Assembly: GCF_006345805.1 (NCBI RefSeq)
Contig: NC_043011.1
Span: forward strand, 44,466,464-44,530,463
Source of the DNA: Octopus sinensis
Lineage: Eukaryota
Direction: 5' to 3'
Length of the DNA: 64,000 bases
In this document: positions 1 to 11,363 of the stretch, piece after piece
Position numbering within the stretch: the first letter of the stretch is position 1
Layout: every line of letters starts with the position of its first letter
Translations under genes and position numbers: made by a program
The notes under the pieces: generated by a model
What the model saw: only the letters and a program-made list of their open reading frames with translations
Told to the model about the DNA's origin: nothing
Database searches by the model: none

Positions 1-153
1 AATGTATATATGATCTCAGTATGTGTGTATGTATGTAAATACTTACATATACTTATATTTACCAACATAGAAATACATACGTACATAACACCCATTCACA
101 CACAGTCATATAGATACATACATACACACACACACACAAAATATATATATGCA

Positions 154-176
154 TTATAATATATACACGTATATAG

Positions 177-222
<46 letters not shown>

Positions 223-248
223 ATATATGTGTATATATATTATATAAT

Positions 249-279
<31 letters not shown>

Positions 280-377
280 CGTATATATATATATGTATAT
301 GTATATATACGTATATATATATATATATATATACGTATATATATATATATGTATATATATATATGTATATATATATA

Positions 378-444
<67 letters not shown>

Positions 445-445
445 G
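154..445. repeat. (TA)n-rich microsatellite
   Basis: Near-pure TA dinucleotide run; explains the YIYI ORFs in the track. Confidence 0.97.
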
Positions 446-777
446 TATACACTGTTATAAGAAATAGGAAAAAGTACTCGATACATTGGCCTAATATATA
501 ATTATATATTTATTCGGCTGATGCATTCTGCTACAACTTCAACTTCCGTGAACGATCATCAATAAGACGGCCATAATGGTTTATGTCTTGTAACGGTGGT
601 GATTGCAAGGTGGCGGTGTGGTGTGGTTGGTGGTGGTGACGATGATGATGTTGGCGATGACGACGGCAAATAGGATAATAATGGTAATTATAGACGAATA
701 TGACTGGCTGATTACTCAAAATATGCAAATGATACACTTACGGTAAAAAGCATCAACCAATTATGTGCGTGACTATG

Positions 778-819
<42 letters not shown>

Positions 820-1103
820 TGTGTGTGTGTGTGTGTGTGTGTGCATATATATATTCTATAAGTATCGGTTGATTAATAGACAGATAAATACATGCATGAT
901 GAAAAATATATACATACGTATAAGCTCAAACATACACACATACGCCTCTGCATACGTATATATATATACACACATATACGTGAGACTGTATGCATATATA
1001 TATGTAAAATATACATACATAATATTTCTATATGATATATGTATATATGTAGATATACACATATTATGTTTATATTTCTGTGTATTTATAGAAAACTGTA
1101 TAT

Positions 1104-1157
<54 letters not shown>

Positions 1158-1783
1158 TATGAATGTATGTATGTATGTATGTATGTATATATACACATAT
1201 ATATATGTTTAATGTGTGGCTGTATGTATTATTTAAAACTGTGCTTATATATATGGGTGGGGGTTGTATGTCGGCACATGCAGCAGTGGTAGGGTATGTG
1301 TGTATGCGAATCTACCCAATGTACCCTACAATCCTTACTATTCACTCACCGTAAGCAGAGATAACAGAGGTAGTTCTCCCCCACCCTGGGTGGAAATCAT
1401 ATCTCACAAACTGTCATTAGCTATTTTCTTTTTGCATTTCTACCTCACCGGGAGGATGTCTATATTAGGTGGTGGGTGGTGGTGGTGGTGGTGGATATAG
1501 TGGAGGTGTTAGCGCTGATGATGATCATGCTAGCAATGGATATAGTGTTCATATTGTTGATGCTTGTGGCGGTGATGATGCTTGTGGTGGCGGTGGTGGT
1601 GGTGGTGGTGGTGGTGGTGGTGGTGGAGAGGGGCATTGGTGAATTTAGGGTGTTAGTACTTCTAGATCCACTATTACAAAAGACTATTTTACGTTCTCTC
1701 GAAAGTATAAATTTTTATGTTGTCAACAAGAACAAACACACACAAAGATATATATATATTATATATATATAATAGAGATATAT

Positions 1784-1820
<37 letters not shown>

Positions 1821-2446
1821 GATATATATATACATGCACACACATACACACACATACACACCCACATACCATACACACGTACACACGCATTTAATGACGT
1901 GCTGTCTAATGCACAAATATGAACATTAAAGTAATAGTTTAATTTCCTACTGCTCTAAATAGAAGATCGCTATGCTATCGATTCCAGGAAGAAATTATGT
2001 ACGTTTTCTCTAAGGAGCCGTGAACAAATCGTCACGAGGTTCTCCAGAGGACTCTCATTTCTTTTTCCCTACATATCAAAGACATAAGTGGCATAAGTTT
2101 GCATTATTGCAGAGTTCATCATCACAGCTAAGGCTTTCTAACACCAAAATTTATATACACATACATACATGCATACATACATACATACATACATACATAC
2201 ATACATACATACATACATACATACATACATACATACGTACATGCATACATACATACATACGTACATGGGAATGGTAAAAGAAGAATACTTTATAAGAATT
2301 CAAAATCCAAAACGAAACGAGTGATAACTGACACCGCTAAAACTTACTTCGTATAGACTGCCACACAACACGTGTGTTTGAAAAACTGTAAACAGCGAAG
2401 ACATTAATACTCAATACGAAACTTCCGTCCAAAATGTAACAAGCAG

Positions 2447-2640
2447 CAACAAAACATCCGCACAGTTAGACGTTACAAAAAAGGACAAGAAAAAAACAAG
2501 GACGGGTCATTCGGAGCTTTCTTTCGTCAGTCGAGTTCCAGATAGTCTTTGCAGTTTCGGCTGGTTACGCTGTCCTTTTTTGTATCGTCTAACTGTCCAG
2601 ATGTTTTGTTGTTAAGTTCTTGTTCCATTTTTTGTTTTGC
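2447..2640. repeat. Fold-back copy of a dispersed non-coding repeat (family also at 11.4-13.6 kb, 50.6 kb, 52.5 kb)
   Basis: Inverted arms 2447-2486 and 2572-2611. Core aaggacgggtcattcggag...tcagtcgagttccagat...tttcggctggtta is shared with 50735-50825 and 52560-52650. Confidence 0.75.
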
Positions 2641-2715
2641 TGTCTTTTTTCTATATATACATATAGCAGCGTATGTATACTTTCGGTTTCCTGTATGTAA
2701 TTATATATCATTGTG

Positions 2716-2752
<37 letters not shown>

Positions 2753-3167
2753 GTGCGTGTGTATGCACACGCGCACAACTGTATGTTTGTGTACAATTTT
2801 CACATATTTGTGAATACACGTTCAATATACTCTTATAAAACTACACACAGTTTATTCTATCCACAGTAGAAGGCAGCCCAGCAGTGAACGAAACCCAGAA
2901 AGAATGCACGATCAACAAGTATATATATATATATAGATATATATATATATATATATATAAGAAATATACATATCCTGTTTGTACAACATACTGACTTCTA
3001 TGCCAGATATTGTTAACATTAAGTGTAATATATTTTATTATATAACACTTGCATTACAATATATGTGTATGTGCTTGTGTATGTGTGTGAGAACGTCTGT
3101 GTAATATGTATGTACATTCGTAATTATTAGTGGATAGACAGGCCGACGGGCTCACTCAATGTACGTG

Positions 3168-3221
<54 letters not shown>

Positions 3222-3584
3222 CTGATGGATGGCTGGTTAGATGGATGGATGGAGTTATTTAGTATGGTTATATCAAGCGTGGAATCAGATAAGCAGTAAC
3301 AGAAACATGTCTACAAGGCATTATCTCTAATGAAAGATGGCAGAATAAAGCTATAAACGGCAATAACTACATACGTGCGTCTGTGCGCGCGCGAGCATGT
3401 GTGTATATGTATGTATGCATGTATGTATGTATGCATTTGTATGTATGTATGTATGTATGCATGCATGTATGTATGTATGTATGTATGTATGCATGTATGT
3501 ATGTATAGCTACATACACATATAAATACACATGTACGTACATATATATATCTATATATATATATATACATATATATTACATACA

Positions 3585-3619
<35 letters not shown>

Positions 3620-3634
3620 TATATATATATACAC

Positions 3635-3669
<35 letters not shown>

Positions 3670-3757
3670 CACATAGATATATACACACAATATATTACAC
3701 ATATATATATATACACATATATATATATACACACATATATATATACATATATATAAT

Positions 3758-3799
<42 letters not shown>

Positions 3800-4044
3800 A
3801 TTGAGGAAAATGAAAACACACATTCACGTGTACACACAGCACGATAACCATATTGCATTACCAAATTACATTCATTCAAACATACAAGAAAGCAACTGAC
3901 TCATACTCATACATTCTCGCTCTCGCCACCAGAAATATACTTCAGTACCAGACACCCATTTAGCAAAATAGAGTCACTGGAAAATCATGTGAGAAGATTA
4001 CAGATGTGTGTCGTAAAACTTCGTCCTATCAGTCAATTAATGGT

Positions 4045-4450
4045 CCTTTCTACTATTAGCACAAAGCCTGAAGTTTGTGGTGACGGAATAAGTCGGTCAC
4101 GTCGACCCCAGTACTTGACTGCTACTTAATTTATCAACCCCGAAAGGATGAAACGCAAAGTCGAGCTCGTCAGAATTTGAACTCAGAGCGTAAAGACGGG
4201 CGGAATATCGCTAAGCATTTTGCCCGGTGTGTTAACTATTCTTTTCTACTCTAGGCACAAGGCCCGAAGTTTTAGGGGAAGGACCCAGTCGATAAGATCA
4301 GCCCCTGTACGTAACTCGTACTTAACTATCGACCTCGAAAGGATGAAATGCAAAATCGACCTCGGCGGAATTTGAACTCAGAACGTAACGGCAGACGAAA
4401 TACCGCTAGACATTTCGCCCGGCGTGCTAACGTTTCTGCCAGCTCACCGC
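4045..4450 (-). mobile_element. Two adjacent tRNA-derived SINE-B copies
   Basis: Family motif atcgaccccgaaaggatgaaa...gtcgacctcggcggaatttgaactcaga...tctgccagctc. The minus strand has A-box-like ggcgagctggcag and B-box-like gagttcaaattcc. Confidence 0.85.
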
Positions 4451-4552
4451 TTTAATCAGGGAATTAATGATAAATTAAGGACAACTACGACTCTTGCCGG
4501 TGTTGTCATTGGGATAATGTCCCATCCAAATTATAAAAGATGTGTGTGTGTG

Positions 4553-4586
<34 letters not shown>

Positions 4587-5246
4587 GTGTGTGCGTGTGT
4601 GTGCGTGTGTGCTATGTTTTAGTCCCTCGTGGATACATAAACCTGAGTAAGTTAGATCTTGTAGCTTTTGAAGAAACATACCGTATTTCCACCGCCACCC
4701 ACCACACAATTCGATTTTTTTCAGACTAAGATTTACTGCTAACAAAGGTAGGTCTCGAATTATACACCATTTTAATGTTTACATTTCATGTTTACAGTTT
4801 TATACAACGTTGACTTGTACGCCAGAAAAAAAGATATTTAGTGGGGGAAGGGGATCGGCGGCGGTGTTAGTGTTGGAGGTCCACAAAGGTGTTCTCGATA
4901 GTGATCAAAATGGTGGTGGTCATTAAAAAAAAAGTTGTCTTGATTACTTTGGATGAAATTTTATACTAATTAATTATCGGAGACATAACATAACAGAACC
5001 GATAATTAAAACTAAGTAGGTTGAGATAATTAAAACAGACAAGTTAGTTAATTAACGACGTCAATTAATGAGCACAATATTTGAACAGCCAATATTTCCA
5101 TAAGCGAAACCTAGACATCTGCAATGCGTTCATTTCGGAAAGTATTCACTGCCTGTAAGTTGTATTTCTAACTATTATATCTCAATATTTCACTACACCA
5201 CATTATTTACATTCGACGGATATTTGTCCTCATCTTGTTTGTTGTT

Positions 5247-5292
5247 AACACAACGTTTCGGCTGATATACTCGCCAACCTTCATCAGGTGTC
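5247..5292 (-). ncRNA. Minimal type I hammerhead ribozyme motif (Penelope-like type)
   Basis: Minus strand GACAC-CUGAUGA-A-GGUUG(gcgaguauau)CAGCC-GAAAC-GUU-GUGUU: stem I GACAC/GUGUU, stem II GGUUG/CAGCC, palindromic ACGU stem III. Confidence 0.7.
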
Positions 5293-5370
5293 TTGGGGAT
5301 ATTTCGAACCTAGGTTCTCGTTCCTAAGGTATTTTTAGATGCTATTATTATTATTATTATTATTATTATT

Positions 5371-5926
5371 GAGTGAGAGAGGAGTGCATGCCATCAAAGT
5401 GACACTGAGATAAAATATACGAAGCCTAATATACCCATCATGACCACCCGTCTGATAAGGGTACACTAAGTACATGCATCACAACCATATGTGTGCGACA
5501 TGGTGATCTCATATCAAGATAAACAGCACAGGACCTTGCAGGTGGGGTTCAATTAGAATTTCCTTCAGGTTGAGTAGCCCATCCCGCTCAAACGGTCTCA
5601 GAATAAGGGTTGTTTAAGGATGTTGAACGAAATACCCATGTGTTCAGAGGTAAACTATTCAAACCCCGAAGAATCCCTCTCAACACATGGCTATGATGCT
5701 CCCCCACTACTTCTGCTCATGATCAGAGATGCACATATCGTCAGCCACTCAGGGACATGATCAACTGCTTAAGGTCAAACAACTGACAAGCAAATCTGCG
5801 GTATTGAGCAGAATATTTGCTGTAGCCCATCTTTTATACCAAGACAAAACAATGTACATGATAACACTTCCAATCAGTTAAGATCAGCAGCCATGAGAGC
5901 CACTGCCTGGTACTGCATCAGGGCAT
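5371..5926 (-). mobile_element. ~556-bp non-autonomous element embedded in (TAA)n
   Basis: Near-identical copies at 9213-9632 (opposite strand) and 27168-27712, all abutting ATT/AAT tracts. No ORF. Confidence 0.85.
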
Positions 5927-5959
5927 TTATTATTATTATTATCATCATCATCATCATCA

Positions 5960-6024
<65 letters not shown>

Positions 6025-6028
<4 letters not shown>

Positions 6029-6097
6029 TCAATGCCTGGAATCGAACTCGGAATCTTGGGGTTAGTAGCCTGCGCTCTTGACCACTACGCCATATGC
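6025..6097 (-). mobile_element. tRNA-like SINE head
   Basis: Minus strand gcatatggcgtagtggtcaagagcgcaggctactaaccccaagattccgagttcgattccaggca has an A box (tggcgtagtgg) and B box (gagttcgattcc) and runs into (AAT)n. Confidence 0.75.
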
Positions 6098-6340
6098 TCC
6101 AGGAGGGTATATCAGCCGAAACGTTGCGTTAACATCAAACAAGATGAGGACAAAAATCCGTCAAATGTAAATAATGTAAACAATGTACATAATTCCTCAT
6201 CTCTTAAATACAGAACTGTATTTCACTATACTAGTTGTACTACTAACTATTATATCTACTATGTGGGCAGTATTTCATTGTACGAGTTGTACTACTAACT
6301 ATATCTGCACATCTGATCATTTTTCATTGTATTAATTATA

Positions 6341-6906
6341 GTGGGTTGTTCGAAAAGTTCGTGCCGTTTTATAGTAGCTTACCTTTCGACTTATTTTAGA
6401 ACATGGTTGAGTCCATAAAATAGGATTTAGCTACACCTCCATTTAGAGCACAGTTTAAGCTATCTTTTCGTGGAAGGAGGTTTATGTTCCTATAACCTGT
6501 GCTAATTCTGTAACCCTTTCAAATAGAAGATAGGAAAGTTCATTTTTGGCACTTGATGCTTTGGGAACCTGACAAAAATTGCTGCAGCTCGGCTGGGATG
6601 AGTTACCCCACCCTTCATATTCACCAGATATTGCTCATTTGTATTTCCACTTATTTAGGTCTCTGCAGAATAGTCATAATGGTAAAAATTTCAATTCCTT
6701 AGATGACGTAAAAAGATACCTTGATGAATTCTTTGCCATGAAACAACCTCAATTCTTGAGAAGAGGGTATTTCAAGTTAAAGGGAAGATGGAGACGCATT
6801 GTACAACAAAATGGTTCATATTTGGTTGATTGAAAATGTAATGGCAAGTATTTATTGACCTTTTTCTTTCCTTTAAAAATCGGCACAAACTTTCCGGACA
6901 ACCCAA
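6341..6906 (+). mobile_element. Internally deleted mariner transposon
   Basis: TIRs gtgggttgttcgaaaagttcgtgccg and cggcacaaactttccggacaacccaa, TA on both flanks. N-terminal EDRKVHFWHLMLWE is joined to C-terminal LPHPSYSPDIAH..FHLFRSLQN (6579-6833). Confidence 0.92.
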
Positions 6907-7416
6907 TACATATCTAATTAATATTTCACTCTACTAGTTGTACTAACAACTATTATATCTACATAAACGATCAGTATTTCACTATATTGGTTGTCCTACT
7001 AACTATTATATCTAAATACATCTTGCTTATTCATAACAATAGCCACCAATACAAACCATTATAACTATTCATCTCTGAAAAGGATTCTGTTGCTATGTAA
7101 CCAATCATATGTATGCATTTGTATGTGTGTTAGTGCTTGTGTATTTGTATGTATGTGCGTGAGAGAAAGAGAGGGTTTGAATGTAATTTTATTGTATTTA
7201 TATCGATGTCAATTCTTTTGCGGTTATGAGCCAGCATTTATCCAACATAAGCTATATTCAATAAAGTTGAGTCTCTTGTTTCATGTCCATTCAATTTGAT
7301 AAAAGATAATCCAATAAAATTATTAACAAGTCTAAACTGAGATCAGTATCTACTAAATACACACACTTAGCAAGAACGGAGAAACGAGACAAATAATAAT
7401 AATAATAATAACAATC

Positions 7417-7474
<58 letters not shown>

Positions 7475-7482
7475 TAATAATA

Positions 7483-8943
7483 AGAGTAAGAGCAATACTC
7501 AAGACAGAGCTGAATGCGAGAAACAGGATCGAAGCGATCAATGCATTAGCCATACCAGTCGTGACTTACAGTTTCAATATCGTTAACTGGTCAATTACTG
7601 AAATATGTAATCTTGACAGAAAAATAAGAAAACTGTTGACAATGCATAAAATGCACCACCCTAAGGCAGATACAGAACGACTTTATCTGCCAAGAAAAGA
7701 AGGAGGCCGTGGACTTTTACAACTGGCAATAACAATGAAGATTGCTACAATTGGCCTAGACACCTACCTGAAAAACTCTGAGGACTGGATGTTAAAACTT
7801 GTCTCAAAACATGAAAACAAGAAAGCATCATACTCAGTAACAAAACAGACAAAGGAATATCTAAGTGAATTCCGAATACAACAAATTTCGGAATTAGAGA
7901 TAGACATACAAGAAACAGGCACAGAAAAAGCTAAGCGCATGAAAACCTGTGCTAAATCTGCGGCCTTAGATATTCTGAATGATAAATGGCAAGAAAAACC
8001 TCTCTATGGCAAATACCCAAAGAGAGCAAATAATGCAGATGTTGACAAAGTCCTGACCCATCAATAGCTAATGGCCTCTGGCTTAAAATCTGAAACAGAG
8101 GGGTTATCATAGCAGCTCAAGATAAATGCCTACCAACAAGAAACTACCAGGCCAACATATTAAAGATCAGAAGCAGTCCAACGTGTCGTGTATGCAAGCA
8201 ACAAAATGAAACCATTCACCATGTGGTCTCCAAGTGCAGTCTTCTAGCGCCTACAGAGTATCTCAACAGGCACGATAGAGCTGCACAATATATTCACTGG
8301 GTAATCTGTAAAAACCTGGATTTGCCCCATGAAAAAAACTGGTGGGAACACAAACCACCCCCAGTGCTTGAAAATGACCACATCTCACTCCTCTGGAACT
8401 TCACCATTCAAACTGACAGAAAGATAGATGCAAATAGGCCATACATCATATTGAAAGACTTCAAACAAAGAACATGCCTCCTCATTGATATGACTGTCCC
8501 AATCGATATAAACGTATCTGTCAAGACCTACCAAAAACTGAGCAAATATAAAGATCTTGAAATAGAAATCAGCAAAATGTGGAAGCTGAAGACTAAAACA
8601 ATACCTGTTGTCATAGGTGCCCTGGGAATGATAGCAAAAGGGGCTGATAGCTACCTAACTCAGATACCAGGAAACCCAAAAATGGCAGAAATTCAAAAGA
8701 TAGTGCTCATTTTCCTACGCAAAATACTTTCTATGTAATCTCAAGGTTTAAAACAAACATAATTTTCGGTTTAAAAAAAAAACAACTTTTTTTAGACATT
8801 CATTAGTACAACACCCCCACCCCCAAATATATGGCACACTAGGCATAACAACAACATGAACTTCCAACCCTGTTGTCTCTTGAGGTCTCTGGGTGAGACT
8901 TGGAGCCAACTTGTACAAATATAAAGCAAAAGTCAAACATAGA
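7483..8943 (+). mobile_element. 5'-truncated R4/Dong-clade non-LTR retrotransposon (RT thumb, CCHC knuckle, restriction-like endonuclease), inactivated
   Basis: Motifs RLYLPRKEGGRGL, CRVCKQQNETIHHVVSKC, NRP.II..D...CLLIDMTVP, KYKDL and IPVVIGALG. Stop at 8065 and frameshift near 8105. (TAA)n on both sides. Confidence 0.9.
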
Positions 8944-8987
8944 ATAATAATAATAATAATAATAACAATAATAATAACAATAATAAC

Positions 8988-9018
<31 letters not shown>

Positions 9019-9212
9019 GTAATAATAATTAAAATAATAATAATAATAATAATAATTTTTTTAATACAATTATTTATCTGTGAATTTGCGTGTGTAATCT
9101 GGGAATGCATACAATGAGCTTCTCTGCCCTAGGTGTACGGAAAACACTCGGCGAGAAACGGAAGAAAATTTGAAGAAAGAAGGAAAAATAAAATAATAAT
9201 AATAATAATAAT

Positions 9213-9632
9213 CTTGCCAGTTGTTTGACCTTAACCAGCTGAGCATGTCCCTTGGTAGCTGACGATATGTGCATCTCTGATCATGAGCAGAAGTAGTGGG
9301 GGAGCATCATAACCGTGTGTTGAAAGGAATTCTTGAAGGTTTGGATAATTCACCTTTGGAAACATGCATGGTTCGTTCAACATCCTTAAACAATCCTTAT
9401 TCGGGGACCTTTTGAGCGGGATGGTCTACTCGACCAGAAGAAAATTCTAACTGGGCCCCACCTGCAAGGTCATGCGCTGTTAATCTTGATATGAGATCAC
9501 CATATCGCGCACATATGGTTGTGATGCATGTGCTTGGTGTACCCTTATCAGACGGGTAGTCATGACGGGTATACTGGGCTTCGAATATTTTACCCCAGTG
9601 TCACTTTGATGGTATGCACTGCTCTCTCACTC
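9213..9632 (+). mobile_element. Truncated copy of the (TAA)n-embedded non-autonomous element
   Basis: Reverse complement of 5371-~5790; ends ctctctcactc(AAT)n. Confidence 0.88.
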
Positions 9633-9665
<33 letters not shown>

Positions 9666-9877
9666 CCTTTCTATTATAGGCACATGGCCTGAAATTTTGG
9701 AGAAAGGGTATACACGATCACATCGACCCCAGTGCTCAATTGGTACTTACTTTATCGTCCACAAAAGGATGAAAATCTAAATTGACCTCGGCATCATTTG
9801 AACTCAGAACGTCAAGGCGGACGAAATGCCACTTAGCATTTTCTACGGCGTCCAAATAATTCCGCCAGCTCGCTGCC
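9666..9877 (-). mobile_element. Degenerate SINE-B
   Basis: atcgaccccagt...gacctcggc...tttgaactcagaacg...ccgccagctcgctgcc. Confidence 0.8.
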
Positions 9878-9879
9878 TT

Positions 9880-10015
9880 AATGATGATGATAAGAATATC
9901 AACGACTGCGACGGCGGCGGTGACGACGGTGACGACAATGACTACGACGGCGACGACAGTAGGGGTGGTGGTGGTAGTGGTGGTGGTGACGACGACGACG
10001 ATGATGAGGACGATG

Positions 10016-10051
<36 letters not shown>

Positions 10052-10233
10052 GTGGTGATGATGACGATGATGATGACAATGATGATGATGATGATGATGA
10101 TGGTGATGAGGACGATGAGGACGATGATGGTGGTAATGATGACGATGATGGTGGTGATGATGATGGTGGTGATGATGATGATGATGATGATGGTGGTGGT
10201 TATGATGGTGGTGATGACGACGACGACGACGAC

Positions 10234-10275
<42 letters not shown>
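9880..10275. repeat. Compound (GAT/GAC/GGT)n trinucleotide repeat
   Basis: Direct reading; source of the poly-Asp and poly-Met ORFs. Confidence 0.95.
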
Positions 10276-10278
<3 letters not shown>

Positions 10279-11284
10279 TAAATTCCCAACAAGGCCAGAA
10301 ATTTAGCAGTGAGAACTTAGTCGATCAAATCAGCCTCAGTACTTGGACTATTATATATTTTATTGATCACCTTCTTTCTCTCTCTCGGGGACCGGATATA
10401 AAATTTAAACTAAAACAATATAACTATTAATATTTATTGTTAAACCAACGTGGCTGTCCAGACAAATAGGACGAATGCTGCTGTTGATTAGCTCCGAGAA
10501 ACGATCGCCTCTAGCTAGCTATATGATGCACAAATCTGCGTCCATAGCACCTTCGAACATGGGAGGTCATCAACTTCCCCTTGCTGGCTTGGCAATCACA
10601 GACTGGTTTCTGGGTATTTGCCCCTTATCAATATAACTATTCGTCACAAGATATTTCCATCACCACTCTGGTGATTCTAACTTCCACTGCCCTAACATTC
10701 AGTAACGATTGCTAAGAGAGACACATCCTACCCCAGCTACAGCGAAATATTGACCACAGATGTCGGTATAACGGTTGGGAGTACACGAATACAGTCACCA
10801 ATTGACCGTCAGTGGCAATAGCGCCATCTGGCGACACGAACGACAGATCGATTCCGCTTGCTTTTGCTTCCTGTTTCCTTATCCTTGCAGCCTAAGCTCC
10901 TGGGGCTTAATAATAGCGATCTATATACACAAAGAGATTAAATGTATGTTTACTAAATATATTCTGTAAGACTGATGATGTGTTCATATTTATCATTATT
11001 GTTGTTGCTCTTGCAATTCTTGTTGCTGTTAAGAGCGATGAATTAAAAGAAACGTTGTCATGAGCTCAAATCCCGATGAGATGAAATTTCTCTTTCACTC
11101 TTTCGAGGTCAATGAATAATAGTCCAAACACGTACACTGTTCAATATAATCAACAATAACTTTCTCTCTATTTCACACACACACGCACACACACACACAT
11201 ACACGTGGTGTATGTGTATGTGTATATATATATATATATATAATATTATATATATAATATATATACATATATATATATATATAC

Positions 11285-11362
<78 letters not shown>

Positions 11363-11363
11363 A

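Noticed and set aside
1975-2135. Minus-strand peptides SCDDELCN (Ly6-like) and GKRNESPLENLVTICSRLLREN
   Set aside because: Short, closed by stops, and no supporting domain context.
4725-4747. 23-nt micro-exon candidate (ttttttcag|...|gtaggt)
   Set aside because: Good splice signals but no partner exons or homology; such matches are expected by chance in 64 kb.
6025-6097. Functional tRNA gene (also considered for other SINE heads)
   Set aside because: The acceptor stem and cloverleaf are incomplete and heads continue into SINE bodies, so they are treated as SINE heads.
9826-10306. Poly-Asp/Gly and poly-Met ORFs
   Set aside because: They come from a (GAT/GAC/GGT)n repeat starting inside a SINE; no unique coding context.
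10821-10833. CTCF-like gcgccatctggcg motif
   Set aside because: A single short motif with no corroboration.
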